Origin: Chiloscyllium plagiosum
Lineage: Eukaryota
Reading direction: 5' to 3'
Assembly (NCBI RefSeq): GCF_004010195.1
Contig: NC_057755.1
Location: forward strand, 3,867,462 to 3,931,461
DNA: 64,000 bases
A program made the position numbers and the translations under genes. The notes under the pieces are model-generated. The model had not been told where the DNA came from and ran no database searches. It worked only from the letters and a program-made list of their open reading frames with translations. Each line of letters starts with the position of its first letter. Positions within the stretch are counted from its first letter, which is position 1. Below, piece by piece: positions 38,421-51,130 of this stretch.

Positions 38421-40489
38421 TGCACGAATACAATGGTATGGGATAACTGATATTTGGGCAAACAGCAGTATTCAGCTGCTGGATTGTCTACAGCAAAACA
38501 AGGGATAATATGTGGGGTGGCTGAAATTTGAATACTCAGCAGTGTGCAATGTGTGTGTTCTCTGCAGTCATACACAATCTTCAGTAATACAATACCTACA
38601 GTGTGAGATAACTAACATATGACACTCCGCAGTGTCTACCGTGTGTACTGCCTACAGTGATGCAACATCTACACTGTGGAACAACTGTGATTTGAACAGT
38701 TAGCAGTGAGAATTCTGTATATTGTCTGTAGTAATGCAATGTGTACAGTGTGGAAAACTGATATTTGAGCATTTGGTGAGGGCAGTCTGTGTATTGAACT
38801 GGCAAGTGCACAGTGACATGCTGGATACATACCGGTCTTTACTCTTGGACAATGCAGCTATGGATGAACTCTGAGAGACTGAATGGAGCTTTGTAGCCGG
38901 TGAGATCCGCGTTAGAGTCAAATACTTAACAGACTGATCGACTATCCAAACTGCTCAGAGAGTGTTTCCCTCACGTCCCTGAAATGGAGTTATTTCTGTT
39001 CATGGTGTCCAGCTTCAGGTTTTAGACTTGGGTTCTTGTTTCCCTGAGGAGAGATATGGTTCCAGCTGAGACTCACCCACTGGGTTACTCTTGAAGTCTG
39101 AACAATAAGAGGCATGTTATCCAGGGCTCTTGTGGTGCCATGGAAGCATTCCTATCTTTGATCCAGGAGGTCTGGGTTCATTCCCCACATGTTCTCATCA
39201 AACCAAGAGCGCATAAAGCCAATTTTGAGAAGTCAGCCATGTTTTGTTTTGGAGTAAGAATGGTTGCTGTTTGTTGAGGCCATCATTCACATGGCGAAAA
39301 TCAGCAACCCATTGCATTTGTGTAGATTTGGTGCGTTTTTAAATCTTTGAGCGAGGCGGGGAGATGATGCCATTGCTTCTGTTTTCCTGATTGGTCTGCT
39401 GTGCGTATCTTTTCTGCTTCCATATCTACTTCCAACGCTGCATGGCATGCCTGAGTAAGATTCCAGATCCCCTTCACACTCATCCCCTTCTGTGGATGAG
39501 TTCCATGCCTCTAGGAATTCCCTGACTGTTCTCTGTTTGGCATGGCACTCATCCACAGATTCAATCAATAAGCACATCGACCTGGACCCAATATACCTGC
39601 CACTGCAGCGGACACCTGTAACTGACAACCGGAAGTGGCAGATACAAATCACTATAAATGCTGGAGGAAACATCACAGGAGGCTCGGAAGCACTGACGAG
39701 GTCACCTAGACAGGGGTGAAACGTGTGCAACACAAATTCCCAGCTCGGCGAACAGAACCACAACAACTGAAGGTTACCGTTAACCAGACTTGAAGGAGAA
39801 TTTCCTCATTCTCCAACTCAGCCTTCTCCCAGTTTCCATCTCTCCCAGTTTCTGAACCTCCTCCAGACTCAAACATTTCTTGAAAGCAGACCTGTAGCTT
39901 TACTTCCCATGCTCTGTTATCAATAACTATCCCTCAACCAGACCAGCCCCTACTTTGTCGTGAACTTTGAGATCTGACTGTGTGCAATTGCCTTCTCTCC
40001 CCGATTAAAACAGTGGCAACACTCATTAAAGATTACATGTACGGCCAATATTCTAATATGTCCTGGGATTCTGGAAGGTGTTGTCAGTTATTTCCTTGAA
40101 TTCTGTACCTTTCCTGATCTGTCCCTTCCTCTACAGCTCTCTCTGCTTTTATCTCTCTCCACCATTCTTTTTGTTTCTATCAATCTGCCTGTCGCTATCT
40201 CGCTGCTTCTACCTGATTATTCCCTCTCTCTCACTTTCTCTCCTCCCTCCATTTTCCCTATTCAATACTTCTTACTATTCCCTACCTGTTTCTCAATTAG
40301 TTTCCCGACCTTGCTATATTCCTACGTATCACCCTCTGTAAACAATCTTTAAACTTTCCATCTTCATATCATTGCTGTTGCATTAATGTTGACATTGGGT
40401 AGCTCAATTGGCTGGATTTCTCGATTGCACTGCAGAGTGATGCCAATAATAAGAGTTCAATTCCTGTTCCAGCCGAGATAAAGTTCAAA

Positions 40490-41340
40490 AGAGAGAAGAT
40501 GAGGAGTAGACAATTTGGCCCCTCAAACCTGCTTTGATATTCAACAGGATCATGTGTGTTCAAACATTTCTCCCATCCCCTTTCCTGCCCTGTCTCCATA
40601 ACCTTTGGTTCCCCCGTTTGATCGAGAATCTCTCTCTCTCAGCCTTAAATATATGGAGGTATTATGGCCCACATGGCTCTCTGTCACAAGGAGCTAAAAA
40701 TCTTTACAATCCTCTGAATGAAGAACACCTTCCTCCACTCAGTCTGCAATTGGAATTCCTTCATTCTGAGAGTCAGTTCCTTGTCTCCCCAATAAGCGGG
40801 AAGCATCCTCTCAGCATACTTCCTGTCAAGCCCCTTAAGAATCCTATATGTTACAAGTGAGATCACTTGTTATTCTCCTAAACTCCAGTAAATAGAGTCC
40901 AAAGTGCTTTAGACTTTGGTCAGAATGCAAACTCTTCATCCCAAGAATCTTCCCAGCGTAAATTCTTTGAACTGCTTGCAATGAAATTATGTATTTCCTT
41001 ACACATTGTGAACAGATGTGGTCCAAATGGTAAGAATTCCATACTCTAATACTGCAGCCCTCTTGAAGTAAGGACCAACATTCCAAACACCTTCTGGATT
41101 ATCTGTTGCCCCTCTGTGTGAGCTTTCTGTGTAATGTGCATAAGTTCCACTAAGTGCCTTTTTGTTGCAGCTTTCTCCATTTAAAGACGATCAACTTCAC
41201 TTCTTATCACATTATACTCCAATTCAGACTGCTTAACATCTGTCTAAACTATGAATATCTCTCCACAAACTGCTTGTATCCCTCTTTTGTCCTGCATTTC
41301 CAGCCATTGTGATGTCGTTTGCTATTTTGGAGACAGCATT
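40490..41340 (-). mobile_element. Old CR1 3-prime fragment
   Basis: YRILKGLDR...FFIQRIV, LQAVQR...LEFRR. Confidence 0.75.
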
Positions 41341-42601
41341 TTCACTTCCTTGCTGCAACTCATGAAGCCCCTGCAGGTCCCACCTTCTCAGTCTCTCCAC
41401 TCGCCTGGGGTGGGTGACCCCTCTATTTAAACCACCAGCAGCTGTCTCCCAATTGTTACACATTTCTTAAAGCTGCTGTTGTTTTCTTCAATATTTACCT
41501 CTGAAGCGGAACCAGTCGCCATCCTGTCTGACTCTCTTTCTCAAGCTGTTTGGAATCTTGCCTTCGCTGTGACAAACAGTTTACTCCCTGCCTGACTCAC
41601 AGCAAGAAAGGAGGAAGGCAGATGGTATGTTGGCCTTCAATGAAAGAGGATTGGAGTTCAGATTCGGGATGCTCACTGACGTTATGCAGGGACTTGGTAA
41701 GGTCACTCCTGCATTATTGTATCTGGTGTTGGTCCCCCTACCTCAAAGATGATATTCTCACAATAGACAGAGTGCCCATCGAGAGTGCTCCACCACGCAA
41801 TCGCTGAAATGATCATCATCAAACCCACTTCCCTGCCTTTTCCCCATTACTCTCCATTTACTTCCTGATTAAAAACCTCTCTATTACAACACATGAACAG
41901 GTCGTGAGTTGATGGATGCAGACGATGAGCAGGCAGATGAGATTAGAGGAGAATGGCATCATGGTCTGCACAGAAATTGTGGTTTGAATGGCCTGATGTT
42001 CTGTTGCACTCTTCGGAATTCCCAATGTGCTTGTATAATGTGAAAGCATGCAAGGCTGTGGACCAAGTGCTGTAAAATGGGACTAGAATAGGATGTGATT
42101 ACTAAGGTGGTGATGGCCAAGTGTTATTATTGTTTTCCCGTTAGTCTGTAGTCCCAGGTTTCGTTTGGAGGATGAGGTTCAAACAAGGCTTGGGCAGATT
42201 ATGCTTGAACTGAACTGATGAGTCAGAGGCTGGAATCAATGTCACAGACATCCCAGGCCAAGCTACGGCTGTGTCTGTCCCCTCAGGGAGTCGTTTATGG
42301 TCCTTGGGATCGTGCAGGAGGACATAAATTCCGGGCCAGATTTCACAGGTGACATTCCCATCTCAGCTAACACCAGCCAGTGATGTGTCCCACGACCTCC
42401 ACGAACAGCTCGATGGAAGATTGTAACGAACCTGCGCAATCCACCCCCTCGCATTCCCAATGGGCACACTCAATGGTCTGGCCCTTTAGCACGTTGAAGA
42501 TGGAGGCTGTGATAATTAACTAATGAACAGTTTATTTGTTCATATAATATGCTACGGTACTCCTGCACCTCACACTGTGGCTGGGCAGTGATCACCAGAG
42601 G

Positions 42602-42695
42602 ATGGTTAAAGCATTGAATTAGCTGATTCTGTCCCTGATAGTGGCCAAGCATTTCGCTGCTGATTGAGACAGGGAATCCTGGCTGTTGGTGGGAG
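42602..42695 (+). pseudogene. Candidate disabled defensin-type signal-peptide exon
   Basis: TATATAA at 42543-42549, ATG at 42602, reads MVKALN*LILSLIVAKHFAAD*DRESWLLVG plus G, then donor GTGAGG. Exactly 94 nt and phase 1 like gene 1 exon 1, with Ala-Asp at codons 20-21 in both; two in-frame stops. Confidence 0.45.
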
Positions 42696-45588
42696 GTGAG
42701 GATGTCTTTCAATGGGGAATGTGAGCACGGAGAATATTGGAGAAATTCCAAGCCGGTCTGGCAGCGGAGTGAGAGACACACTACTCACATTTCCAGTTCC
42801 ATTCTTGAAGACATTCTGAAGAAGAGTGAGAACAGACTGGAAACGTCAACTCTGTTTCTCTCTCTGTCACTGCACAGATGCTGCCACAGCTGCTGTGTGT
42901 CTCCATCAGTGTCTGCTTCAGATTGTCAGCACGAAAGGATTTAGCCTTTCATCGTTGAGGGAAGCAAGGTATGGATGGGTGGAGGAGGCAGACTGGGCAA
43001 AAGCATAAAGCCATTCAAGCTTCTCACCTCTGAATTCTGCTATTCCACCTGTGTTTGTACAGGCTTCATTACATCACGTGTCTGCTTTGCTCACCAATCC
43101 CCCCAACCCTGGTTTCTCCGCAATCTCTTGCTGTCGGAAACTCTTCTCGGGATCTGTTCCCCTCAGGATCTGGAGTCATGCACGTGATGTGAATTGTCAT
43201 AGGCCAGCATGCTTTCCCATTCCATGGTGCCTTATTGTATATTCCAGATTCTTCATTTGTTAATGGGGTGTGAGTGATGCATTCCAACGTTCATCGTCTG
43301 TCAGTAATCACAGCTGAGAGGGCAGCTGAGAGACAGCGACACATTACTCTGGTTCTGGAGTCACATAGAGCCAGACTAAGTGAAAAATATCGTTCTTATT
43401 CCAGAACAAATATTCCGGAACCAGATGGATATTTAGGAAAATTGAGAATTGCCATAGCTGCATCATTGTTACATTTTTTCTTTCCATTTCACATTTCTCC
43501 AGCCGTTATGGTGGGAATGTTCTCTTGTGCTTCTGGATGATTATTAAGGTGAAATTCCCATCGTCCCTCCACCACCATTCTCATTCTCCAAGGTGATGTA
43601 GTTTGACCGGCGAGAGAAAAGTCGAAAGGGAGAATGAAGAACTGCGCAAGAGAATCTAAACTTTTAGGCAAATCGAATTTTGTTTGTATATGTTATTCGG
43701 TTGGATTTTAGTGAAATCTACAGGTAAAGATGTGAAATTCCCACATTACAGGAAGGTTAGAAAGATCTACCGAGGGAGCAATATACTTGGCCTTATTTAT
43801 TCAAAGAAGCAGCTGAAAATGGCTCCTCCACAACTGAGTCAGATCGATTTCTTTTGGTTGAAGCTTGTCAAACGAGATATGAATCTTGTAAAACGAGAGC
43901 AACTCACCACTTGGGTTGGTCTTACACTAGAATATCTGTTGCAAGCTTTATATCAAGCCAGTGATGAACTTTAAGTTCAAGAAAAGATGTGAAAACATGT
44001 AAATCTCAACCTTATTCGAGAAAAAGAAGCAGTCAATTCGAGCACATTAAGGCCAGCAGCAATGAGTATGTGTCACACCTGCAGTATGTGAGCATTAGGC
44101 TAAAATACAGACAACGTCTTGGGAAGGGGAAATGTTCTTTGGATTATTGGCAGCAGGAGGGCGTCACACCTTTTAGGGTCAGACTGCGTGATTTGGTCAG
44201 TGTTCAGCGACAAGAGCGTGTGATTGACAGTCGGGTTTTCCATAGGGAGCCAGACAGCAGGGATACAGGAGCCTCATCTTTGGCAAGAGTGGTACCAGAA
44301 TGAACATAAAACCAGTCAAGTGGGAGAACACCAAAAGTAATGGAATTGTAGGAGAGGGCTCACAGGAATCGACACCTTTCTCTGCAGTAATGAACGTGAG
44401 TCCAGGAGACTGTGTTCCATTCCTGTGCTGAGGTTCAGGGCCCAAGATCAGGGCTGTCGATAAGTTCACAATGGGATGGGCTGGAGGCAATCTTACTGAT
44501 CCACGTACTTACAGACAATACATACCAGGCAAGAAACAAGGTTCTGCCAACACATTGTCAGGAGCTCGGTGTCCAATTTAGAAGCTAAACTTCTGGATTA
44601 ATATCTCTCCCACGTGTTACTTGGCACAGGGCCATTCAGGTTAGGCAGGAACATTGGTCATCAGAGACTAGCGCGAAAAAATGGGATGTGGTTCTCTCAT
44701 CACAGACACTGCCAGACCTGCTGAGGTTAGATTTCAGTTTTTCGATAAAGACACTTTTTCTTCATACATTTCCGGTTATATTTCCTCGCAGTGTAATTTG
44801 TGATACGAAAGATCCTGGACGGTTGCTGTTATGCTCTTCAGCTGATCGTGTCACATTAAAAGATGTTTGCACATGAATACCATGGTGACTCTGTTCCTAT
44901 TCGCATTGAAACCTCTGCCATTCTGTAGATGTCTGGATGGACAGTGTCAGTAAGAGTGAGGTCAGTCATCTCTCCATTGTTGGAAACCCATCTTATTCAC
45001 TGATGTCCCTTCCCTCAGAAAAGACAGTGCGTTGTCCTCACTCGGTCCTTCATGTGACTCCAGATCCTGGGAAATAGGGAATGGGGAATAAATGCTGACC
45101 TCAGCAGCAAATCACACATTCAGAGTGTGAGAAGATTCCCATGTCAATCAGTGAGTGAAATGTTCTTGTTTAAAGATGGCAGCTCCTACCCTGGAGTGCA
45201 GAAGGACAGCTCTGTGACATGTTTTCACACTGGAATAAATTGTCCCGATGCAATATCAAACGAAATATTCTGTGATCTCGGGATGGGGCCAATGGTGTTT
45301 GAGTAGAAAGCGTTATTGCTGTCAGATTCCGATTCTGTTTTTGTTATTTCTTTATGATGTACTGACCAGCAACACTCCTTCATAATTGGGATTAAACTTG
45401 TTGTTGTAATTCGTTTGTTCATTGACAGAATTTGAAAAACAGCAACAAAGCTGAGTAATGCTGCGACCTCGACCTCCCCAAGGAGGTTCCACACTGTATA
45501 AGGTAGCGTCTCTGGGAATAATCAGCTCAGAGTTTCAAACAAGGAGGTTGTCAGCTGCCTGAAGGGGCACATCACCTCACACGGAGAA

Positions 45589-45655
45589 ATGCTTCGACCA
45601 ATTCAACAGGTTGAGAGGGTGTTCATTACCATCCTTGCTTTAATTGGTGCTCTTG
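45589..45655 (+). pseudogene. GPR139-like class A GPCR pseudogene, exon 1 remnant
   Basis: TATAAG near 45497, then MLRPIQQVERVFITILALIGAL, resembling the short first exon (start of TM1) of the shark GPR139-like family as I recall it. The expected phase-1 donor reads TT instead of GT. Confidence 0.55.
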
Positions 45656-46049
45656 TTATGGCATTATGAGAATTAAATGTTCACTTGACCCAAAATATTA
45701 ACTCTGCTTTCTCTCCCACGGATGATGCCAGTCCTGCTGAGTTATCTCTGTCTTTGTCTTTGGGCGAAAGAGAGAAGGACCGACAGACTGAACAGTTTTG
45801 TCCAATCCCTTGTGATGTTGAACCTGAGATATTAGGAGAAGGACATTAACCTGGCCAGTGGTGCTCTAAAACACCCACTCCTCATTACTCACGTGAAATT
45901 TGTGAGAGTACATCAGAAAATATTGTCAACTGCAGAAAGTGCAATAAAAATCATCCTCGTCACCTTATGAAACTGTTTTTTGAGGTGTCTGGATACTATT
46001 GTAGTGGCTATATTTGGGTGCTCTGGATTTAAATTACATGTTCCCCTCA

Positions 46050-46850
46050 ATCAGATTTCAGTTTATAGTTGTTCTGGAAAAATACAGCAGCTGAGGCAGC
46101 ATCGAGGAACAGGAAAATCAATGTTTTGGGCAAAAGCCCTTCATCAGGAATGAGGCTGGGAGCCTCGGGGGTGGAGAGATAAATGGGGCGGGGGAAGATC
46201 GCTGAGAATGAAATAAGTGTATGGAGGTGGAGCGAATAATGATAGGTCAGAAAGGAGGGTCGAGCGGACATGTAGGAAGGAAAATGGACAGATGGGACAG
46301 GTCATGATGGCAGTGCTGAGCGGGGAGATTGGAACTGGGGTAAGGTGAGGGAGGGGAAATGAGGAAACTGGTGAAGTCCACGTTGATGCCATGGGCTTGA
46401 AGTGTTCCAAGGCAGAAGATGAGGCATTCTTCATCCAGGCATTGGATGGTAGGGGAATGAGGATGGAGGAGGCCCAGAGCCTGCATGTCCTCGGCAGAGT
46501 GGGCGGGGTGTTGAAATGTTCAGCCACGGGGCGGTGGGGTTCGTTGGTGCTGGTGTCTCGGAGATGTCCTCTGAAGCACTTTTCGAGGAGATGGCCGGTC
46601 TCCGCAAAGTAGAGGAGACCGCATGGGGAGTAACATATAAAATAAATGATACGTGTGGAAGTGCAGGTGAACTTTGATGGATGCAGAAGGCTCCTTTGGG
46701 GCCTTAGGCGGAGTGAGGAGGGCAGTGTGGGCGCAGGTTTTGCAATTCCTGTGGTGGCAGGGGAAGGTGTCAGGAGGGAAGGTTGGGCTGGAAGGGGCGT
46801 GGACCTAACCATATAGTCACGGAGGAAACAGTGTTTATACAAAGTGGATT
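46050..46850 (-). mobile_element. Penelope-like element, GIY-YIG endonuclease end and terminal repeat
   Basis: FTCTSTRIIYFICYSPCGLLYFAETG...PVAEHFN; LIFCLGTLQAHGINVDF; terminal ctgatgaagggcttttgcccaaaac. Confidence 0.85.
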
Positions 46851-48842
46851 GGAAGTGTTGGATCTTCTCAGAGAGTTGGACAGTATCTATGGAGAGAAGA
46901 AAAAACACAGTTCATGTTTCAGATGGTAATAAGATCAGTGCACAATGTTATCATCACTATAAGCTCATAAATGTAAGAGAAACACACTGTAGTGCAGGGA
47001 CAAAAAACTTGCGACTGTAGAGAAACTGAGGGAAGATAAAATTTATAAATTAGCAGCACATCGACAGTGAGAGGAATCTCAGTTAAACACAGTTGGCATA
47101 AGCAGAAGTTAAATACCTAACCATGCTAAAATACACTCATTATTTAATAGAGTGGAAGGGAGGCAATGGCAATGTGATAAAGATTTGTAGAGGTGAGACA
47201 GTGGAATGGATGGACAAAGATTCAGACCAACAGTAAGAAGCCACCACAGTCACAGAGACATCAAACGTTACACACGGAAAAGACTACAGCAAAAAGGAAT
47301 GACATTGGTGATGAAAGCTCAAAAAGCTCAGAAATAATTTCACTTCTTAAAAATATCCTGCTAAGTTTCAGGTGGAGCCTGCAACTGGAAAGCTATCGGA
47401 ACTCAGGTGTCAGAGAAAATCCTTAAATCTTAGGAAATACCCAGGATGGAGTAATGTCTCTGTGCCATTGTCACTCTGTGATGAAATCACCCACAGGAAC
47501 ACAGAGCATCTGGGTCTGTGCAAACTAGAGATCCCCCAACACTGGGAAGGATGCAGGGTTTCTGACAGGGGACTCAGAAGATTTACTAGCAAGGTTTGGG
47601 GAATGACAGATTGCAGTCATGAGGTTAGGTTGTAGACATCGGCATTGAGGGGAGATTTGACAGAGGGGGAGCAGTAGTTTATGATTGGTTAACAAAAGGT
47701 AAATAAAGTGAAGCTGTTTCCATTAGCTGACCATAAAAGCATCAGAGGAGAAGGATGTTCCATAGTGAGAATGCGAGAAAGAAATTTTATGCAGCGAATG
47801 CTCATGACCTTGGACTCAATGCTGACCCACAAACGCCAATAATGCTGCGATCTTGATACATTGATGGAGGTCATGTGTAAAAAGCACACTGGTCTGATAA
47901 ATGATGGAATCTGAATTGAGTCAAAACTAGCATTGTTCTGACAGAATTAATGTGAAATTCTCCCAATGGACTTAGACCAGATGATTCCAAGACAGCACAT
48001 CATTCGAAAGCACATCATCTTTCCACAAATTACTGTTTCATTCTGGAGAAATCTTTCGCTGATTCTGGAAATCTTTCCATCGACTCACGTTGTGAGACAT
48101 TGCCGATGTATTAAGGTCCAACTCACAGAAGGACATGGCTGGGAATACTCAACATATCAGGCAGGTGGGAATACACACAGTGAACATTTCAGCTCAACGA
48201 AATTTCATCAACATCTTCTTGAAGTGGGATAAGTCGGTGATATATACAAAAAGTAAATGATCTGGAGCCATTATGTAAGCGTGCAAACGAGAATCGAAAT
48301 CACACAGTACAGGAAGTGGTTGACATCTGGGGAGACATGCTCTGGAGTTAAGTAGAAGGGGGGGGGGATTAAAGTTTTATTTAATTGGATTAAACATTGG
48401 ATTAAAGTTTTGAGTTCAAAGTCACTGAGAGTCAGCTGAACTTGAAACGATAAATCTGCTTCTCTGTTCAGGGAGTGTATGCTCGATTTAGGAGGATAGA
48501 CGAAAACAATGGGAAGACTTTAAGAATCGGAGATGGAGGGAAATCCTTTGTTGAGCCCACTGAATTCTTAACATTTAGTGCGGAATGTTCTGTAATTCGG
48601 GAAATTGCAATCAGATCGTGTGGCTTTTATGTGTTAAAGAGTTCCTGGTTAATACATCTGCACGCCATTACAATTCCTACTAATCTTCCCCAGACATATT
48701 CCAGCCCAAATGGATATCAGTTTCTTGGAAACGTTAGAATCTTTCAATTTGTGGATAATGATCAAAGGAAAGTTTTAACTGCAAACAAATGTTTGAGACG
48801 AATTCTGTGTTATGTTACGGCTTGTATTTTCCTGAGCAGCTC

Positions 48843-50722
48843 TTGACCCTGGTGAGCACTGTGATGCTGTCTGGGGGGAATACAGTCTCTTCAGAACTTT
48901 ACCTGATCTCCATGGCAGTGACAGATCTCCTGATCAAGTCAACAACCATAACACTATCTGGTTTCTAGTCTATCTTTTCTATAAGGCTGCTGTGCACCAT
49001 TCCTGCAAATACATTTACTTCTGTCTTCAGTTATTTAGGAACTGGTAGTTCCAGCTGGTTGATTGTCATTTGGTCCGTATCGCTCAATTCGTTGCACATC
49101 CATATGCTTGTAGGGCCAACTACCTCCCCTGAGATTACGTTCCAGACACATACCACTCTCTGTGGCAAAAACACCTTGCCCCCACATTTGTTTGAACTTT
49201 CCTATTTTCATCTTGAATGTTTGCTTCATTGTTTAAGAAATTTCAATTCTGGGGAAGAGATTCTGACTGATAACTCCATTTCTGTGTCTCACAATTTTAT
49301 AGACTTCACCGAAGTCTCCACTCAGCCCCCTCTGCTCCAAGGAAAACAACCCGGGTTTTTCGAGAGTCTCCTCATATCTCATAACGTCTAACACAATCAG
49401 CATCCTGATAAACCTCTTCTGCACCTTCCACATCTTTCCTGTGACGTGGTGACAAGAATTAAACACGGCACTATAAGAGAAGCCAAACAACAGTCTTATA
49501 AAGCTGCAACATGACATCTTCATTTTCCTTTCTTCCTTGCACTTTGTGTCGAGTCCATGAGCTTCTGTACTTTTCCACACAGCTCCTTCATTTACAAACT
49601 TGACCTCAAAACATTACGCATCCCAAAGCCCCAGGCCTACAGCGTCGCCATGACAACCACCATGCTGCACTGTCCCCACATCAAAACAGGGACAGTGAAG
49701 GTGACTCGCACTTTCACAGTAACCCTTGCATCCATCCCCCTCTAATGTAGTGACTTTCCCACCCATTCCACAATTGCTGTCCACTCTGCCTACAGGCAGG
49801 CTGTCCCCACTGCTCAGAACTGGCTTCCCCAACTTCATTGCTCCTGCAGGGTCCCCCGAAGCCCTCCCTGAGAATTTCATCGAACTGATCCCCAATGACA
49901 GGAACGGACAGGGTCAGCATGGATTGGTGAACGGGAATTTAGGATCGAAAATTCTACCGGAGCATTTCGGGGATATAATAAGTAGTAAGTGTGGCCACCC
50001 CTCTGCTCTGCAGTGATACAGATTCCCTGATCTTGATTTTCCCAAACAATGTCAAAGTCGTTAGACATACTGTGCCAGTATCTCCAGACTGAATACTGTC
50101 TCCCTTGCCCTGACTGAGAACTTGTTTACTGAGGCTTTGAGACGTGCCCATTTGGTTGAAGTACATGCAGAGTGTTTGCTGCTTTAGCTGCTGTTCCAAG
50201 TGCCTGACAGTCCAGCCCCTTGACTGATCACCACTAACAACAATGATAAGCTGCCTGGCTTATGTCTGCGATAAACAACCAGGCAAGACAGGAGCACTGT
50301 GAATCATTAGGTTCTGGTTGAGCCATCAAAGTGCAAAAAAGCTAAGGAAAGGCAGAGATTTTGTGCCAGTCCCTGGGCAGGACATGTCTCAGGCGCTGGA
50401 AAAGTTGCAACGTTTTTGGAGTAATAAGATTCTTTGTGGGCAGATTCTACTACATCTTGATGCAGTGCTTTTATTTAACTCTGGCACATTGCACCCGCTC
50501 TGCAAGTGCCTATTGGACATTTTAATGTGAGAATTGGCTCTCTGAATAATATGCCGCTGACATGCACATTCGTGATGCCACACCCAATTGTCTCCTACGT
50601 CAGTGAATATGTAATCTGATTCAACCAACAGGCCTTTGAACTGAGAAAATAAAGCCTTCATAAACACACCTATTGATTTCAGTTGGTCTTGCACTCCGGT
50701 GAAAAACATTATTAAGTATTTA
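48843..50722 (+). pseudogene. GPR139-like GPCR pseudogene, fragmented exon 2
   Basis: 48843-48968 reads LTLVSTVMLSGGNTVSSELYLISMAVTDLLIKSTTITLSGF*, with a TM2-like YLxxMAxxDLL motif. Weaker colinear remnants follow a CR1 insertion: ILCQYLQTEYC (~50067-50099), DVPIW, FINTPI and VKNIIKY (~50699-50719). Confidence 0.55.
49035..49560 (-). mobile_element. CR1 3-prime fragment interrupting the GPCR pseudogene
   Basis: KVQKRFIRML...YEETLEKPGLFSLEQRGLSGDFGEVYKIVR. Confidence 0.85.
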
Positions 50723-50729
50723 CTAGGAA

Positions 50730-51130
50730 TTTGTCGCGGTTGGAGCATTTGAGCTATATGGCTAGGCTGAATAGGCTGGGATTGTTTACTCTGGAGCGTC
50801 AGAGGCTGAAGGGTGACCTTCTAGAGATGTATAAAGTCATGACGGACATGATTAGGGTAAATAGACAAGACCTCTTCACTGGAGTGGCGTAGTTCAGAAC
50901 TAGAGGGCAGAGGTTTAGGGTTAGAGGGGCAATGTTTGCGCACAGAGGATGAGCTTCCTGAGGAAGTGTTGGAGGCTGGTATAACATTTAAGAGGCATCT
51001 GGATGGGTATATGAACAGGAAGGCTTCAGAGAGATATGGGCCAAGTTCTGGAAAACGGGATCACATGAGGTTAAAATACCTGGTCATCATGAAAGAGTTG
51101 GACTGAAAGGTCTGTTACCGTGCTTTAACT
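50730..51130 (+). mobile_element. CR1 3-prime fragment
   Basis: RLNRLGLFTLERQRLKGDLLEMYKVM...RTRGQRF. Confidence 0.85.

Noticed and set aside
39362..39460. Hydrophobic stretch AIASVFLIGLLCVSFLLPYLLPTLHG before a GTAAGA donor, as a possible signal exon
   Set aside because: No in-frame ATG after the upstream TGA, and the donor is phase 2, incompatible with the phase-1 defensin exon.
44330..44620. Possible coding exon
   Set aside because: Resembles a decayed LINE ORF1 esterase segment rather than a host gene.
46983..47010. RSS-like cacactg...acaaaaaac suggesting an Ig/TCR cluster, which is tempting given the large duplication in a shark
   Set aside because: The spacer is 10 nt rather than 12 or 22-23, and no V, D, J or C exon is recognisable anywhere in the window.
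50165..50227. Cys-rich mini-ORF MQSVCCFSCCSKCLTVQPLD
   Set aside because: Lies within the decayed GPCR remnant, with no signal exon or splice context; likely chance.
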